Virus record (IMG/VR): IMGVR_UViG_3300028797_000118
Location: 1-64,000 of that record
Origin: a virus
Taxonomy: Duplodnaviria; Caudoviricetes
Length of the DNA: 64,000 nt
Reading direction: 5' to 3' (one strand)
The position numbers were made by a program, and so were the translations under genes. Below are positions 1 through 10,535 of the stretch, piece after piece. How positions within the stretch are numbered: the first letter of the stretch is position 1; each line of letters begins with the position of its first letter. The notes under the pieces were generated by a model. It made no database searches, had not been told where the DNA came from, and saw nothing but the letters and a program-made list of their open reading frames with translations.

Positions 1-3000
1 TCCATAGACAAATTAAAGGCTACTGCTCAGGAATTTTGGACTACATTTATAAATTCTAAAACTGCAAAGATTTTCATTGAATTCTTAACGAAAGCGCTAG
101 AGATTTTAACGCGGATTTCTAAAGCAACTCATGGAATGGCAATTGCACCTACTGGAATTTTACTTGCTATGTTTGGAATGAATCCTAGAGAATTTATTAA
201 AGTTACACAGAGTATGTTTGATGGAATTCTCGTAAAATTAGGAGTCATGACAACAAGCATGAATGAAGTTGGAGAAGTAACTTCAAGAACGGTTAATGCA
301 TTTAAGGCAATAAAATTATCAGTAGCAGGAATAGCTGCTGCTTTGGCTATAACTGCCGCTGTAAAAGTATGGGAGCATTTTAATGTTACTGTAGAAGAAA
401 CACAAGAATCGATTGACGAAATTACCGAGAAAATATCTGAGCTTAATAGTACAATAAAAGAGCTTCAAGATTTAGAAACAAGGACTCCTGAACAGGAAAG
501 CCGTTTATCTTTATTAAGAGAAGAACTTCAGATTCAGGAACGATTATTAGAAATCGAAAATCGACGCAAAGTAAAGGAAATGTTTTCTTCTAGTAAAGAT
601 TCCATAATAAAACAAGTAACTGATGCGTTTGATAAAGAGAATTATTCTACTGTTTTAAGAAAATATCAAGAAAAATGGGTAAGATCTGATAAAGATGGGA
701 AAAACCAAAGAACTTATTTTTCTGATGTGATGACTGCCTATGATTCAGCTTATAAAAAGCTTCAAGAGAAATTAAATAAGTATAATCAAGAAATGCGTCA
801 AAATGCAGTAGGTTCTCGTGCATGGGAAAAAGCTTCTGAGAATTATAAAAAAGTTCAAAAAGAAATAAAACAAAGAACTGATAGTCTTGAAAAAGCATAT
901 GATAGAGAGTATGAATATTATCTTCAATTTTCTAACATTGTATTAAATATAAAAAAATTAAGGGATTCTTATGCGGAAGATGATCCTATTCAAGAAGAAC
1001 TTAAAAAATGGCAGCTTATTTTTGAGAATCAACTTGCACAGATGCAAAATGCTCTTGTAAGAGCAAGAGAACGATTAGGTATGAGTACAGATGATCTTAC
1101 TTTAGGATCAAGACTTCATACAAATCTTGTAGATATTACAAAAGGAAATCGGACTCAATTTGAAGAGCTTTTTAAATTTACTAAAAATTTTACTGATGAA
1201 CAAAAAGAAGCTTGGATTGTAGTAACTAAAGGTGCTGTAAATGCTAAAGATGCTATAGATAAATGGAATAAGTCTTTAAAGGAAGCTAACAATTCAACAA
1301 AATTCTTATCAATTGATTCTTCTGTTTTAGATTCTGTTACCGGAATAAACATCCGTTTAAAGGCACAATTTGATGAACTTGCAAGTGCATATGATGCTAT
1401 TTTTAATGGTGATAATGGATTTGATTTATCTGAAGTTGATAATGATCTCTTGAATAGTATCTCAGAGACTTTTGTTTCTTCAGCTGTAGAAAGTGAATTA
1501 TTATCTCAGGAACAAGCTACTGCTGCGGCTGAAAAATTCACTAGGGTGCTTACTGATCAAAAGTCAACTGCTATTGATGTTCAAAATGCATTTAATGAAC
1601 TTGCAACTTCTTATTTTTATGCTGCGGATGGTTTAAAAGAACTTAATGAAGAAAATGCAGAAGCAATAAAACAACAGCTTAAAAAATTAGGTGTAAAAAA
1701 TGCTGACCAAGTTGTTGATGAATATATTCGACTTAAAGTTGATCCAGACGGATATAATAAGATCAAACGTGAAGTTGGAAAGCAGATGCAGGAAATGGAA
1801 GAAGGTGGAACTGTCGATCTTCATGTTCGTCCTGTTATAGATACGAAAAAGCTTATAGAAAAAGAATGGAATAAAGTAGATCCTTCATTGGAGCCTGGCG
1901 GTGTTGCAACTATATTTAGTTCAACTTTTGCGAATAAAGCAGGTAATGTTGCCATAAATGTAACTCCTATTCTTCCTAATGGGGAAGTATTAACTCCAGA
2001 TGAACTTGAGAATTATGCAAATATGATTCTTGAAGGGGTTGATTCTGATGAAATCCCAGATATTCAATTAGGAGCGAAATTTACCGGTGCTGATGCTATT
2101 GAGCAAGCTAAGAAAGCTGCTGTTACGATGCATGAACTTCAGGATGTTTATTATGATCTTGATGAAATTTTATTAAACATAACAGAAGATACGTTTGAGG
2201 AAAGTGAAGCAAGATTAAAAGCAGCTGGCGTTGCAAACGCTCATGCTTTAGCAGTGGAATTCTTAAATGCAAATCTTGAAGCTGAAGCTTTGCAAGAAGA
2301 AGCTGTTAAAGCGGCTACATCTGATATGGCTGGAGAAACAGTACATGCTTCAGAAAGTTTTATTATGGAAGCTCAGATGTCTAATCTTGCAAAGATTCAT
2401 TTGGCAGATCTTGTTGCTGCACAAACTGTATTTAATCAGCAAGGATTAGATGTTGATGAAAAGATTGCGAAACTATCTTCACTTGCGACTGCTTATTTGG
2501 GAACTGCTGCTGCTGCTAAACTTGTCGAGATGACAAACAACAGAGGATATGAACATAGCTATACTCTTTCTCCTGAAGAAGCTTGGAAACAGATTATAGG
2601 AGAAATGGCAACGATAGAAATGCCTACGATTGATTTTAGTAGTGATGGAAAGAATACAAAAGGCGCAGGTGGTGCTGGAAAAGATGCTGCTGATGCGTAT
2701 GTCGAGGCTTATGAGAAGGAACTGAAAAAATTAGAAGACATGCGTGATCGTGGATTAATATCTGAAAAAGAGTATCTTAATCGTCTAAAAGATCTTATTG
2801 ACAAGTATTTTAAGGATAGAGAAAAATATGCTGAGAAATATGCTGAAGAACTTAAGAAGTATATGGATCAGATGCTAAGCTATTATAATTCTATTATTTC
2901 AGGGGTTACTACTCTTCTAGATAAAAGAATAAATGCTCTTCAAAAGAACAAAGATACTACCGTAGACGCATTGAATGCAGAAAAAGATGCTGCTGAAGAT

Positions 3001-5163
3001 CGTTATCAGACTGAAATTGATGCCATAGAAGATGAAATCGATGCTTTAGAAGATCAGCAAGATGCGTTAGATGATCAGATTGATCGGCTTAATGAAGAGG
3101 TTGATAAGTATCAGGAAATGATTGATGCTATCAACGATGCTAATGATGCTCGTGAAAGAGAGCTTAATCTTCAGAAAGCTCAATACGAACTTCAGAGAGC
3201 TCAGAACCAACGAACCAAGCTGGTATATACTGGTGAAGTTGGACAGATGCGTTATGAGCGTGACGAATCTGGGGTACGTGAAGCCAAAGAAAACGTTAAG
3301 AAATCTGAAGATGAGATTTCTATTGCTGCTATCGAAAAGCAGATAAAGCTTCTTGAAGATGAGATTAAACTTATTGAAAAGCAAAAAGAAGAGCTTGAAG
3401 ATCAGGCAAAAACTTTAAAGAAACAACAGGAAGAAGTTCAGGAACAATTAGATAAATCAAATAGATATTATGAAAAACTTATAAAACAGCAAGAAAAGTT
3501 TTATGATGATCAGATAAAAGCTCTTGAAAAGACTAAAACAAAATGGGAAGAGCTTGGTGCGATAGAAGAAGTTTCTAAAGCTTGGGGACTTATTTCTGAT
3601 GAAATGGAAGAACTTGGCTTTACTGTTGAAGATGTTCTTAATGATGTTCCTGGAGCTTTTGATGCATTTAAAGATAAGTATGTGTCAGTTCTTCAAGAAA
3701 TGCATAGTGGTGATCAGGGATTTTTAGATGGCCTGAAGCAAAACGTTTCTGAGATTCCTACTGAATTTGGTAAGATAACTACTGCTACTTCAGAAGCAAA
3801 ACAGCCACTTTCAGATCTTTCTACTGCTGCGGATACAGCATCAACAAAAGTATCAACACTTGGTACTTCTGCTTCAACTGCATCAACGGGTGTTAGTTCT
3901 TTAAAGACCGCATCTGAGGGTATTTCTGATAATCTTAATAGCTTAAATGAAGTTGCAAGTTTTGAAGGATTGACGGAAGCTCTTATACCTGTTGAAGAAG
4001 CTCTGAGCCGTATAAAAGAACTTCTTGGAGGTGTAGGTGATCCAAGCGGAAATTCAATATCCGGAGCTATTGCTGCTTTAAATACTTTAAAATTAGATGA
4101 AGCTAAGAATGCTTTTGTAGAACTTGCAGGAGCTATCAGTGGAGTTGTTTCAGCTCTTAATGGCGGTGGAGGTGGAAACGTTGAAGACCTTCCTATCTAC
4201 AATGTATATAGGAATAATGGATTTGGTGAAGGTGCCGGTGCCGATACCGGTGGTGGCGGTCTTGTAAGTGCTATTCAGGCAGTTAAGAGTGCAGCAGAGA
4301 ATTATATCGGAACAAATTCGGAAGAAGCTGCTGAAAATACAATAGGTTCATTCGTAGCATTATTAGAGGCAATCAAAAAGATAATTGAACAGATTGGCGA
4401 AGATACTGAAACAGAATCTACTCTTCTATCTTCTATAAGTATTGTTTCGGATGTCTCACAAGAAGCAATAAATGGAGAAGATGGAGCTGTAAGTGCTTTT
4501 AATGATCTTAAAACCAAGATAGATGAAGTAACAAGTGCTGCAAGAGAACTATTGGATGTTCTTAAAGAGATTGCTTCAATGGAAGTGTCAGGTGTACATA
4601 CTTCAAGTTCTGGAAATCAGCATGGAGGATCATCTGGTTCATTTGGAGGATCAAATGCTCAGGGTAATCCAAATGTTAAGACAAGTGGAAGAAGTCTTGT
4701 TGGTGAACTTGGTCCGGAAGTTGTTGTAAGAGGTGATAAGTATAGAGTTGTTGGAACTGATGGTCCTGAATTTGTAAATCTTAAAAAGGGAGACATTGTC
4801 CTTAATAGTAAACAGACAAAAGAACTTTTTGAGAAGAAAAAGGATGGTCATGGCAAAGCGTTTGCTGAGGGAAGTGGATTTACTTCATTTAATTTTACAG
4901 ATTCTTATAATGCTCTTCTTAATAAAGTAAAAGCAATGGATATTCCAACAATGAGTGAGATTAAGACTTCGATTGATACTCTTACAAGAACTGTTCAGTC
5001 GGAAATAAAGAATATAACAACTACGAAGACAAATGTTACTCAGAACAACACGTTTAATATTAGTGGTGTGACAGGTGAAGAAGTTGCGGAGAAGATAAAT
5101 AATACTCTTGTAACCACTTTTTCTGGCATGAGTCTCAATGCATATCAGCGTAGTATGGCGTAA
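1..5163 (+). CDS. Phage tail tape measure protein (5'-truncated; frame is open from position 1)
   Basis: >1675 aa, long Ala/Glu/Lys-rich helical and coiled-coil stretches, C-terminal LVGELGPEVV...AFAEG motif typical of siphovirus TMPs; precedes tail-tip genes. Confidence 0.9.
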   Translation, partial: SIDKLKATAQEFWTTFINSKTAKIFIEFLTKALEILTRISKATHGMAIAPTGILLAMFGMNPREFIKVTQSMFDGILVKLGVMTTSMNEVGEVTSRTVNAFKAIKLSVAGIAAALAITAAVKVWEHFNVTVEETQESIDEITEKISELNSTIKELQDLETRTPEQESRLSLLREELQIQERLLEIENRRKVKEMFSSSKDSIIKQVTDAFDKENYSTVLRKYQEKWVRSDKDGKNQRTYFSDVMTAYDSAYKKLQEKLNKYNQEMRQNAVGSRAWEKASENYKKVQKEIKQRTDSLEKAYDREYEYYLQFSNIVLNIKKLRDSYAEDDPIQEELKKWQLIFENQLAQMQNALVRARERLGMSTDDLTLGSRLHTNLVDITKGNRTQFEELFKFTKNFTDEQKEAWIVVTKGAVNAKDAIDKWNKSLKEANNSTKFLSIDSSVLDSVTGINIRLKAQFDELASAYDAIFNGDNGFDLSEVDNDLLNSISETFVSSAVESELLSQEQATAAAEKFTRVLTDQKSTAIDVQNAFNELATSYFYAADGLKELNEENAEAIKQQLKKLGVKNADQVVDEYIRLKVDPDGYNKIKREVGKQMQEMEEGGTVDLHVRPVIDTKKLIEKEWNKVDPSLEPGGVATIFSSTFANKAGNVAINVTPILPNGEVLTPDELENYANMILEGVDSDEIPDIQLGAKFTGADAIEQAKKAAVTMHELQDVYYDLDEILLNITEDTFEESEARLKAAGVANAHALAVEFLNANLEAEALQEEAVKAATSDMAGETVHASESFIMEAQMSNLAKIHLADLVAAQTVFNQQGLDVDEKIAKLSSLATAYLGTAAAAKLVEMTNNRGYEHSYTLSPEEAWKQIIGEMATIEMPTIDFSSDGKNTKGAGGAGKDAADAYVEAYEKELKKLEDMRDRGLISEKEYLNRLKDLIDKYFKDREKYAEKYAEELKKYMDQMLSYYNSIISGVTTLLDKRINALQKNKDTTVDALNAEKDAAEDRYQTEIDAIEDEIDALEDQQDALDDQIDRLNEEVDKYQEMIDAINDANDARERELNLQKAQYELQRAQNQRTKLVYTGEVGQMRYERDESGVREAKENVKKSEDEISIAAIEKQIKLLEDEIKLIEKQKEELEDQAKTLKKQQEEVQEQLDKSNRYYEKLIKQQEKFYDDQIKALEKTKTKWEELGAIEEVSKAWGLISDEMEELGFTVEDVLNDVPGAFDAFKDKYVSVLQEMHSGDQGFLDGLKQNVSEIPTEFGKITTATSEAKQPLSDLSTAADTASTKVSTLGTSASTASTGVSSLKTASEGISDNLNSLNEVASFEGLTEALIPVEEALSRIKELLGGVGDPSGNSISGAIAALNTLKLDEAKNAFVELAGAISGVVSALNGGGGGNVEDLPIYNVYRNNGFGEGAGADTGGGGLVSAIQAVKSAAENYIGTNSEEAAENTIGSFVALLEAIKKIIEQIGEDTETESTLLSSISIVSDVSQEAINGEDGAVSAFNDLKTKIDEVTSAARELLDVLKEIASMEVSGVHTSSSGNQHGGSSGSFGGSNAQGNPNVKTSGRSLVGELGPEVVVRGDKYRVVGTDGPEFVNLKKGDIVLNSKQTKELFEKKKDGHGKAFAEGSGFTSFNFTDSYNALLNKVKAMDIPTMSEIKTSIDTLTRTVQSEIKNITTTKTNVTQNNTFNISGVTGEEVAEKINNTLVTTFSGMSLNAYQRSMA

Positions 5164-5169
5164 TATCAG

Positions 5170-5201
5170 GAGCTATCACTGTCAAAGGTGATAGCTCTTT
5201 T
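5170..5201 (+). terminator. Intrinsic terminator after TMP
   Basis: GAGCTATCAC-8nt-GTGATAGCTC followed by TTTT. Confidence 0.75.
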
Positions 5202-5279
5202 CCGTGTTTATAGACACGGTCTTTTCATAATATCGTTCCCAGTGGCGTAGAGTTTTCTACGCCACGCCCCTAAAAAACA

Positions 5280-5537
5280 GTGGAGGAAAAAGTAGTGAAT
5301 ATACAAGAAGAGATTTTTAGATCGATAGAGAATTTGGCAAGACCAAACTCTCCTATCATTATGGATTTTCCTACTGTTATTTCAGGAGTAGGGAAAGATG
5401 GTTTCATAGTCAAAATAAATGGAATAGAACGTACAGCTAAAAATGGGATCGGACTGAATCTGAAAAAGGGAGATTCTGTATGGTGTCATGCGATGAACGG
5501 AAATATCGGTCAATTATATATCATATGTAGGAGGTGA
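5280..5537 (+). CDS. Small tail-associated protein
   Basis: 85 aa ORF between TMP and tail-tip genes; GGAGG suggests a start at the downstream GTG (~5296). Confidence 0.6.
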   Translation: MEEKVVNIQEEIFRSIENLARPNSPIIMDFPTVISGVGKDGFIVKINGIERTAKNGIGLNLKKGDSVWCHAMNGNIGQLYIICRR

Positions 5538-5544
5538 GGTTAAA

Positions 5545-7521
5545 GTGGCAAAACCTATTATTAAGACTATTTCTCCATTTGATGCCTTGACCTCGTATAG
5601 AGTCAACTTCATATGGACGGGAAATATGGCATATACGAACCGCATAGTTGTATATGATGCGGATACTATGCTTTCTGTTTATGATAATACATATACTCCT
5701 GTTCATACTCTTTTATACCATGATATACCGGCAGGAACACTTATTAACGGTAAAAAATATGCTGTTGCTATCTCAGTGACTGATGTTATAGGAGATGTTA
5801 GTGAGCTTTCTGATAAGTATTACTTTTGGTGCATGAAGAGTCCATCTTTTTATTTTGAAAATCTTGATGCTTCTGGACAGAACTATGTTTATAACTCTAT
5901 TTATGAAGCTACTCTTCATTATTATCAGGAAGATGATGTTCCTCTTTCATCGATACAGTTCTTTTTATATAGCTCTACTAAAGAACTTTTGGATAAAAGT
6001 GATGAGATCCAGTATAGTGGCCCAAAATCTTTGATATATAAATATACTGCACTTGAGAATAATAAAGTGTATTATATCAGAGCTATCGGACATAATACTA
6101 AAAGTGTTCCGGTCGATACAGGAGAAGTTCTTCTCATAGTCACATATGAAAATCCAGAAATGTATGCGACGTTTTATGCCAATGTAAATAAGACGATAGG
6201 AACAGTAGATTATTATTCAAATATCGTAGATATTGAATCTGATAGAAAAAGTGAAGAATATATTTATGATAATGGATATATAGATCTTACTGAGTCAGAT
6301 CCTTATAGAACGATGGATATCACAGAATCTAATTATCTTTATCCAGATATGGAAGTAAGTTGGATAAGTTTAGATGGTGAGATCTTAAATGGACATGTTT
6401 TGGATGGCCCAACTTTTACAGTAAGAGAATTTAAAGAGGTAAAATCTATAAGTTTAAGTGGTGAATCTGTACTGACTTCTGCCCCAAGGATAAGATTAAA
6501 TAATTATCAAAAGGGAAGTTATGTTTATGTAGATTATTGTGATCTTACTGTAGATGGATATCTTATTCAAAATATACTTGATTCGTACCCATTAAGAAGG
6601 CTTCCACTAAGTAATCTATGTGATAAGCTGACTATTCATCAGAATGGTCGTAGGGTTCTTGATAGACGGATTGAAGAAACAATAATCAATACAAATATCT
6701 CGCCTATATCAACAGGTGTAACAAGAAATATATACGGAAGAGATATGTTTACGGCATATTATGATATTGGAGCAACAAGTATTTATGGAAGTTCAAATCT
6801 TATATGTGATGCATTGCCAACTTCTGGTGAGACTTCAAAAGTCATGCTTATGCCGGATAATACTCTTGCAGTTATGTGGGATTATACTGAGTTTCCTATT
6901 ACTGATTATTATTCAGCAATGGAATGGCTTGTATCTAATCCTATCTCGCTGCTCTTCCCTCTTGCAAATCCTAAGCGCGTTTATCTTAGTGCTGTTGCTC
7001 TTCCAAAACTTACTAATACAAACAGTGTAAGGTATTCAAATAATTTTGTTATCCCTGCTGAAAATGCTACATTCTCAATAAGAATGATAGATTGTTTTAA
7101 GACGTGTGAAGTCCTTAGAGTTCAGACTGATGGCGTAGATTGTTTTGTAGTTGACTCGATTATTTATGATGATGGATATCTAAGATATAAACTTACAGTA
7201 TTTGGCCCAACAAGTGATTATATAATCTATTCTGAACCTTTGAAATTTAGGGATTGGGAAAATGATATCGTTACTCTTCATATAAGAAGGATCAATGGAA
7301 TATATGATATGTATGCATTTGTTACCATTGATGATCCAGATCCTGATAGAAATATGTGGTTTATGTTAAGTGAACCGCCGGAAGAAAGGACTCAGGAAAC
7401 AGATCTGTGGCTTGAATTAGATTATCCGACAAGTTATATAGATAAGACACATGTTGTCAGAGTATATCAGCCAGATAAGCCTACAGGACTTAGTGCTCAG
7501 AATATTTGGATTGGAGATTAA
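5545..7521 (+). CDS. Tail-tip/baseplate component, beta-rich (FN3/Ig-like N-terminus)
   Basis: 658 aa, Tyr/Thr/Asp-rich, in the tail operon, RBS GGAGGTGAGG. Confidence 0.6.
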   Translation: MAKPIIKTISPFDALTSYRVNFIWTGNMAYTNRIVVYDADTMLSVYDNTYTPVHTLLYHDIPAGTLINGKKYAVAISVTDVIGDVSELSDKYYFWCMKSPSFYFENLDASGQNYVYNSIYEATLHYYQEDDVPLSSIQFFLYSSTKELLDKSDEIQYSGPKSLIYKYTALENNKVYYIRAIGHNTKSVPVDTGEVLLIVTYENPEMYATFYANVNKTIGTVDYYSNIVDIESDRKSEEYIYDNGYIDLTESDPYRTMDITESNYLYPDMEVSWISLDGEILNGHVLDGPTFTVREFKEVKSISLSGESVLTSAPRIRLNNYQKGSYVYVDYCDLTVDGYLIQNILDSYPLRRLPLSNLCDKLTIHQNGRRVLDRRIEETIINTNISPISTGVTRNIYGRDMFTAYYDIGATSIYGSSNLICDALPTSGETSKVMLMPDNTLAVMWDYTEFPITDYYSAMEWLVSNPISLLFPLANPKRVYLSAVALPKLTNTNSVRYSNNFVIPAENATFSIRMIDCFKTCEVLRVQTDGVDCFVVDSIIYDDGYLRYKLTVFGPTSDYIIYSEPLKFRDWENDIVTLHIRRINGIYDMYAFVTIDDPDPDRNMWFMLSEPPEERTQETDLWLELDYPTSYIDKTHVVRVYQPDKPTGLSAQNIWIGD

Positions 7522-7536
7522 AGGGGAGGTGGCTTT

Positions 7537-8484
7537 ATGTTTTTTCTAGGTTTTAATTTTCTAGGAGCAGATGAGCTTGCTTGCCCTGTCTCTCCTACTT
7601 TACAAAAAGATAATACGTCGGTCGAACTTAGCAGTGTTAAGGCAGATGTCCTTGCTGTTACAAGAGATGTTGAGTTTACTCCGACTGAGGATGTCAATAC
7701 GACTTGGGATTTCAGTACTATATTTATTGCTGAATTTGAGGGCGATACACATGCAGGAAACGTAAACTGGGTTCTTGATAACGTTTCTCATGTTGTTGTA
7801 AAAAGACGTATTGTTGGAAGTTATAAATGGATCACTCTTGCTGTTAAGGAAGTTCATAGTGCAGAAGATCTTAATATCGGAGGAACTGATATTACTTGTG
7901 AATCATTGGAATATGAGTATGCTATTGTTCCAATGAACAACTCTATAGAAGGTGTTTATTCTACATGTACTGTAGATGTGACTAATGAAGATCTTGTTGT
8001 TATAGACAAGACCGGTATTTATCATACACCTTTGACTGATGGCTATTGTGATGTTGTAGATGTTCATCCTAATTCTGTGCTTGAGCTCTTACATAATAGA
8101 TATCCTACGATAGTAAGAAATACTATTGCTAATTATGAGACTATCACGGTAACTGGCGATTTCTTGCCATATGATGATAAGAACTGTCTCAATCTTGATA
8201 TTCTTAATGATGATGATGGACACAATGACAGAAAGAGGATTCTTTACAGAAGAGAGATAAAAGATTTTCTTACAAATGGAAAGACAAAGATATTAAAAAA
8301 CGTGGATGGTCAGTGTTGGCTTGTCTATGTTACTACTCCTCCTTCAGATACGGCTGATAATTATTATAATATACGTAAGTTGCAGTTTGGCTGTACAGAG
8401 GTCGGAGACTTAAAGAGTGAGCACGACTTGTATTATGCTGGATTACTTGACGTGCCGGAAGAATGGTGGTCTAGTAGTCAATGA
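7537..8484 (+). CDS. Putative distal tail protein
   Basis: 315 aa; position after TMP and before the hub-like gene; FLTNGKTKILKNVDG-type motif seen in large Firmicutes siphovirus tail genes. Confidence 0.55.
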   Translation: MFFLGFNFLGADELACPVSPTLQKDNTSVELSSVKADVLAVTRDVEFTPTEDVNTTWDFSTIFIAEFEGDTHAGNVNWVLDNVSHVVVKRRIVGSYKWITLAVKEVHSAEDLNIGGTDITCESLEYEYAIVPMNNSIEGVYSTCTVDVTNEDLVVIDKTGIYHTPLTDGYCDVVDVHPNSVLELLHNRYPTIVRNTIANYETITVTGDFLPYDDKNCLNLDILNDDDGHNDRKRILYRREIKDFLTNGKTKILKNVDGQCWLVYVTTPPSDTADNYYNIRKLQFGCTEVGDLKSEHDLYYAGLLDVPEEWWSSSQ

Positions 8485-10517
8485 GTAGGATTGTTGAACA
8501 GTATGATTTAAATCTTGTTGACCAGCATGTTCTTAATCTTTCCATAAAGGTTGAAGTTTACGACAAAGATTTAAATTATCTGGATAGCATGGACTGTGCT
8601 TTAATAAGTGGTACGTTTTCAATGGATGCATCTTCCGATGTAAGGAGGACTGCATCCATGATTATTTCTCCAAATATTAAGCATCAGTTAGGACTTCTTA
8701 TAGAAGAAGACAGCCTTGTTTGGATTAATAGAAATATAGTTCTTAATATAGGATTACAAGATCATATCACAGAGGAATATAAGTATTATAAATTAGGTAC
8801 TTTTGTGATAATGACATATAGTTCTACTTATGATGCTGTGACTAATCAGCTTACTCTTAATTGTTCTGATTGGATGTCAAAATTGGATGGAACGAAAAAT
8901 GGAGAACTTGGAGCTCTTGTGACTGAATTTCCGGCTTATAAGGAATTTTATTCTACTGAGAGTACCGGTGGAACAGATTGTTATTATTTTAAATATCCTG
9001 ACGTTCATTATTCTAATAAAATATATCAGGTTAATTCTGAAAAGCATACAAGATATGTGGACGGAGATTATGTTGTCCTTCAGATACCTATGGATAATCA
9101 GGGTGAGGATAAATTCAGATGGAATAGTCTTGAAGCTATAGATATCTATGATCTTTCGACCGGTCTTAAGATAAAGCCTGGTGTCATGCTTACGGATTTT
9201 AATTATGCTTTTAGATTTGGAAACAATAATCTTACTCTCATGTCTCATGTTCCTGTAGATAAGGTTGAGGATGGAGTACCTATAGCATATTACATAATCC
9301 GTGATGCTATGATAACTGCTATAACAAGGCTTGGAGGTCTTAAGGATTACAATATAGATGATATCGGTGAATTTCTTGCTATGCCACAATATAATTCTAA
9401 TTATGCATCATATAGGCTTCAGAATCCGCTCTGGAATAATATCCCTTATGATCTTGAATTTAATGTAGGAGATAATGTTCTTTCTATAATAACAACTTTA
9501 AGAGACCTTTATCCAAATTATGAAGCATATTTTGATGAGGATGGTGTCTTTTGTTGTGGAATGGTTCCATCAAGAAATGAAGATGATCCATTTCTTACTG
9601 ATGATTATCTTCAATCGGTTCTTATATCTGAAAATTATGATATAGATACTTCTTCTGTACGTAATGTATGTGAAGTTTGGGGCGCAGCTTTGGAGGTAGA
9701 TTTTACTGCGGATTCATGTGTTCTTTCTGGAAGCAATTATACGATTGATATCCCCGAATATGGAGATACCATGTTCTCTGGTGATATGATCGCAGTACAG
9801 ATTGAAAATACCAATCCTGCAAATGCTCTTCTTACCATACATACGACTTATACAGAATATAGTGGAGGTACGACGACTCAGGTAGAAAAGACATTTCCTT
9901 CTATCTTTATATATGATGAGATGACAGATAAACCTCTTGCTGCCGGTACTCTTGATGCGGGGACTATTTATGTCTTTAAAATAAAGACTATTCTTGTTAA
10001 TGGAGAGTATCCGACTAAATATGCATACTATCAGTCTGAATATCAGCCACAGGCTATGGATGTTCTTACTGATGGTACAGTTTCTACTGAAGACTGGAAA
10101 TGTGCTGATGGAACTATTGTAAAAGTTTGGAGTAAAGAGTATTTCGCGGACAAATTTGGTTGTAAGAAAAAGAACATTCATTTTACGGTAGATTCTAGCA
10201 GTGCATTTACTATTCAAAAGCTCGGAGAGATCCTTTCTGTAAAAAGTGGAGGTGAGTTTGAAAATATCACGTCTGATCAGAGAGCGGTCTCCCGAGCAAT
10301 CTGGGAGAATTGGAAATCAGCAAGGCTTACTGATACTATCTCTATTACTATCAAGTTGTCATTATTTACAGATGTAAATAAGAAGGTTACTTTTAGAAGA
10401 CACGATAAGGATGAAGCTGAGCAATATATCATTACATCTGTTTCTCATGATTTTACAGCAGGAACAAGTATGCTTGCGCTCTCCCACTTCTATCCTTTGT
10501 ATGTGGATATGCAATGA
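8481..10517 (+). CDS. Baseplate hub / Tal-like protein
   Basis: 678 aa; SDVRRTAS...LGTF...CSDWMSKLDG N-terminus and YIITSVSHDF C-terminus typical of hub proteins; ATGA overlap with upstream gene. Confidence 0.65.
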   Translation: MSRIVEQYDLNLVDQHVLNLSIKVEVYDKDLNYLDSMDCALISGTFSMDASSDVRRTASMIISPNIKHQLGLLIEEDSLVWINRNIVLNIGLQDHITEEYKYYKLGTFVIMTYSSTYDAVTNQLTLNCSDWMSKLDGTKNGELGALVTEFPAYKEFYSTESTGGTDCYYFKYPDVHYSNKIYQVNSEKHTRYVDGDYVVLQIPMDNQGEDKFRWNSLEAIDIYDLSTGLKIKPGVMLTDFNYAFRFGNNNLTLMSHVPVDKVEDGVPIAYYIIRDAMITAITRLGGLKDYNIDDIGEFLAMPQYNSNYASYRLQNPLWNNIPYDLEFNVGDNVLSIITTLRDLYPNYEAYFDEDGVFCCGMVPSRNEDDPFLTDDYLQSVLISENYDIDTSSVRNVCEVWGAALEVDFTADSCVLSGSNYTIDIPEYGDTMFSGDMIAVQIENTNPANALLTIHTTYTEYSGGTTTQVEKTFPSIFIYDEMTDKPLAAGTLDAGTIYVFKIKTILVNGEYPTKYAYYQSEYQPQAMDVLTDGTVSTEDWKCADGTIVKVWSKEYFADKFGCKKKNIHFTVDSSSAFTIQKLGEILSVKSGGEFENITSDQRAVSRAIWENWKSARLTDTISITIKLSLFTDVNKKVTFRRHDKDEAEQYIITSVSHDFTAGTSMLALSHFYPLYVDMQ

Positions 10518-10535
10518 TAGAAAAGGAGAAATATT

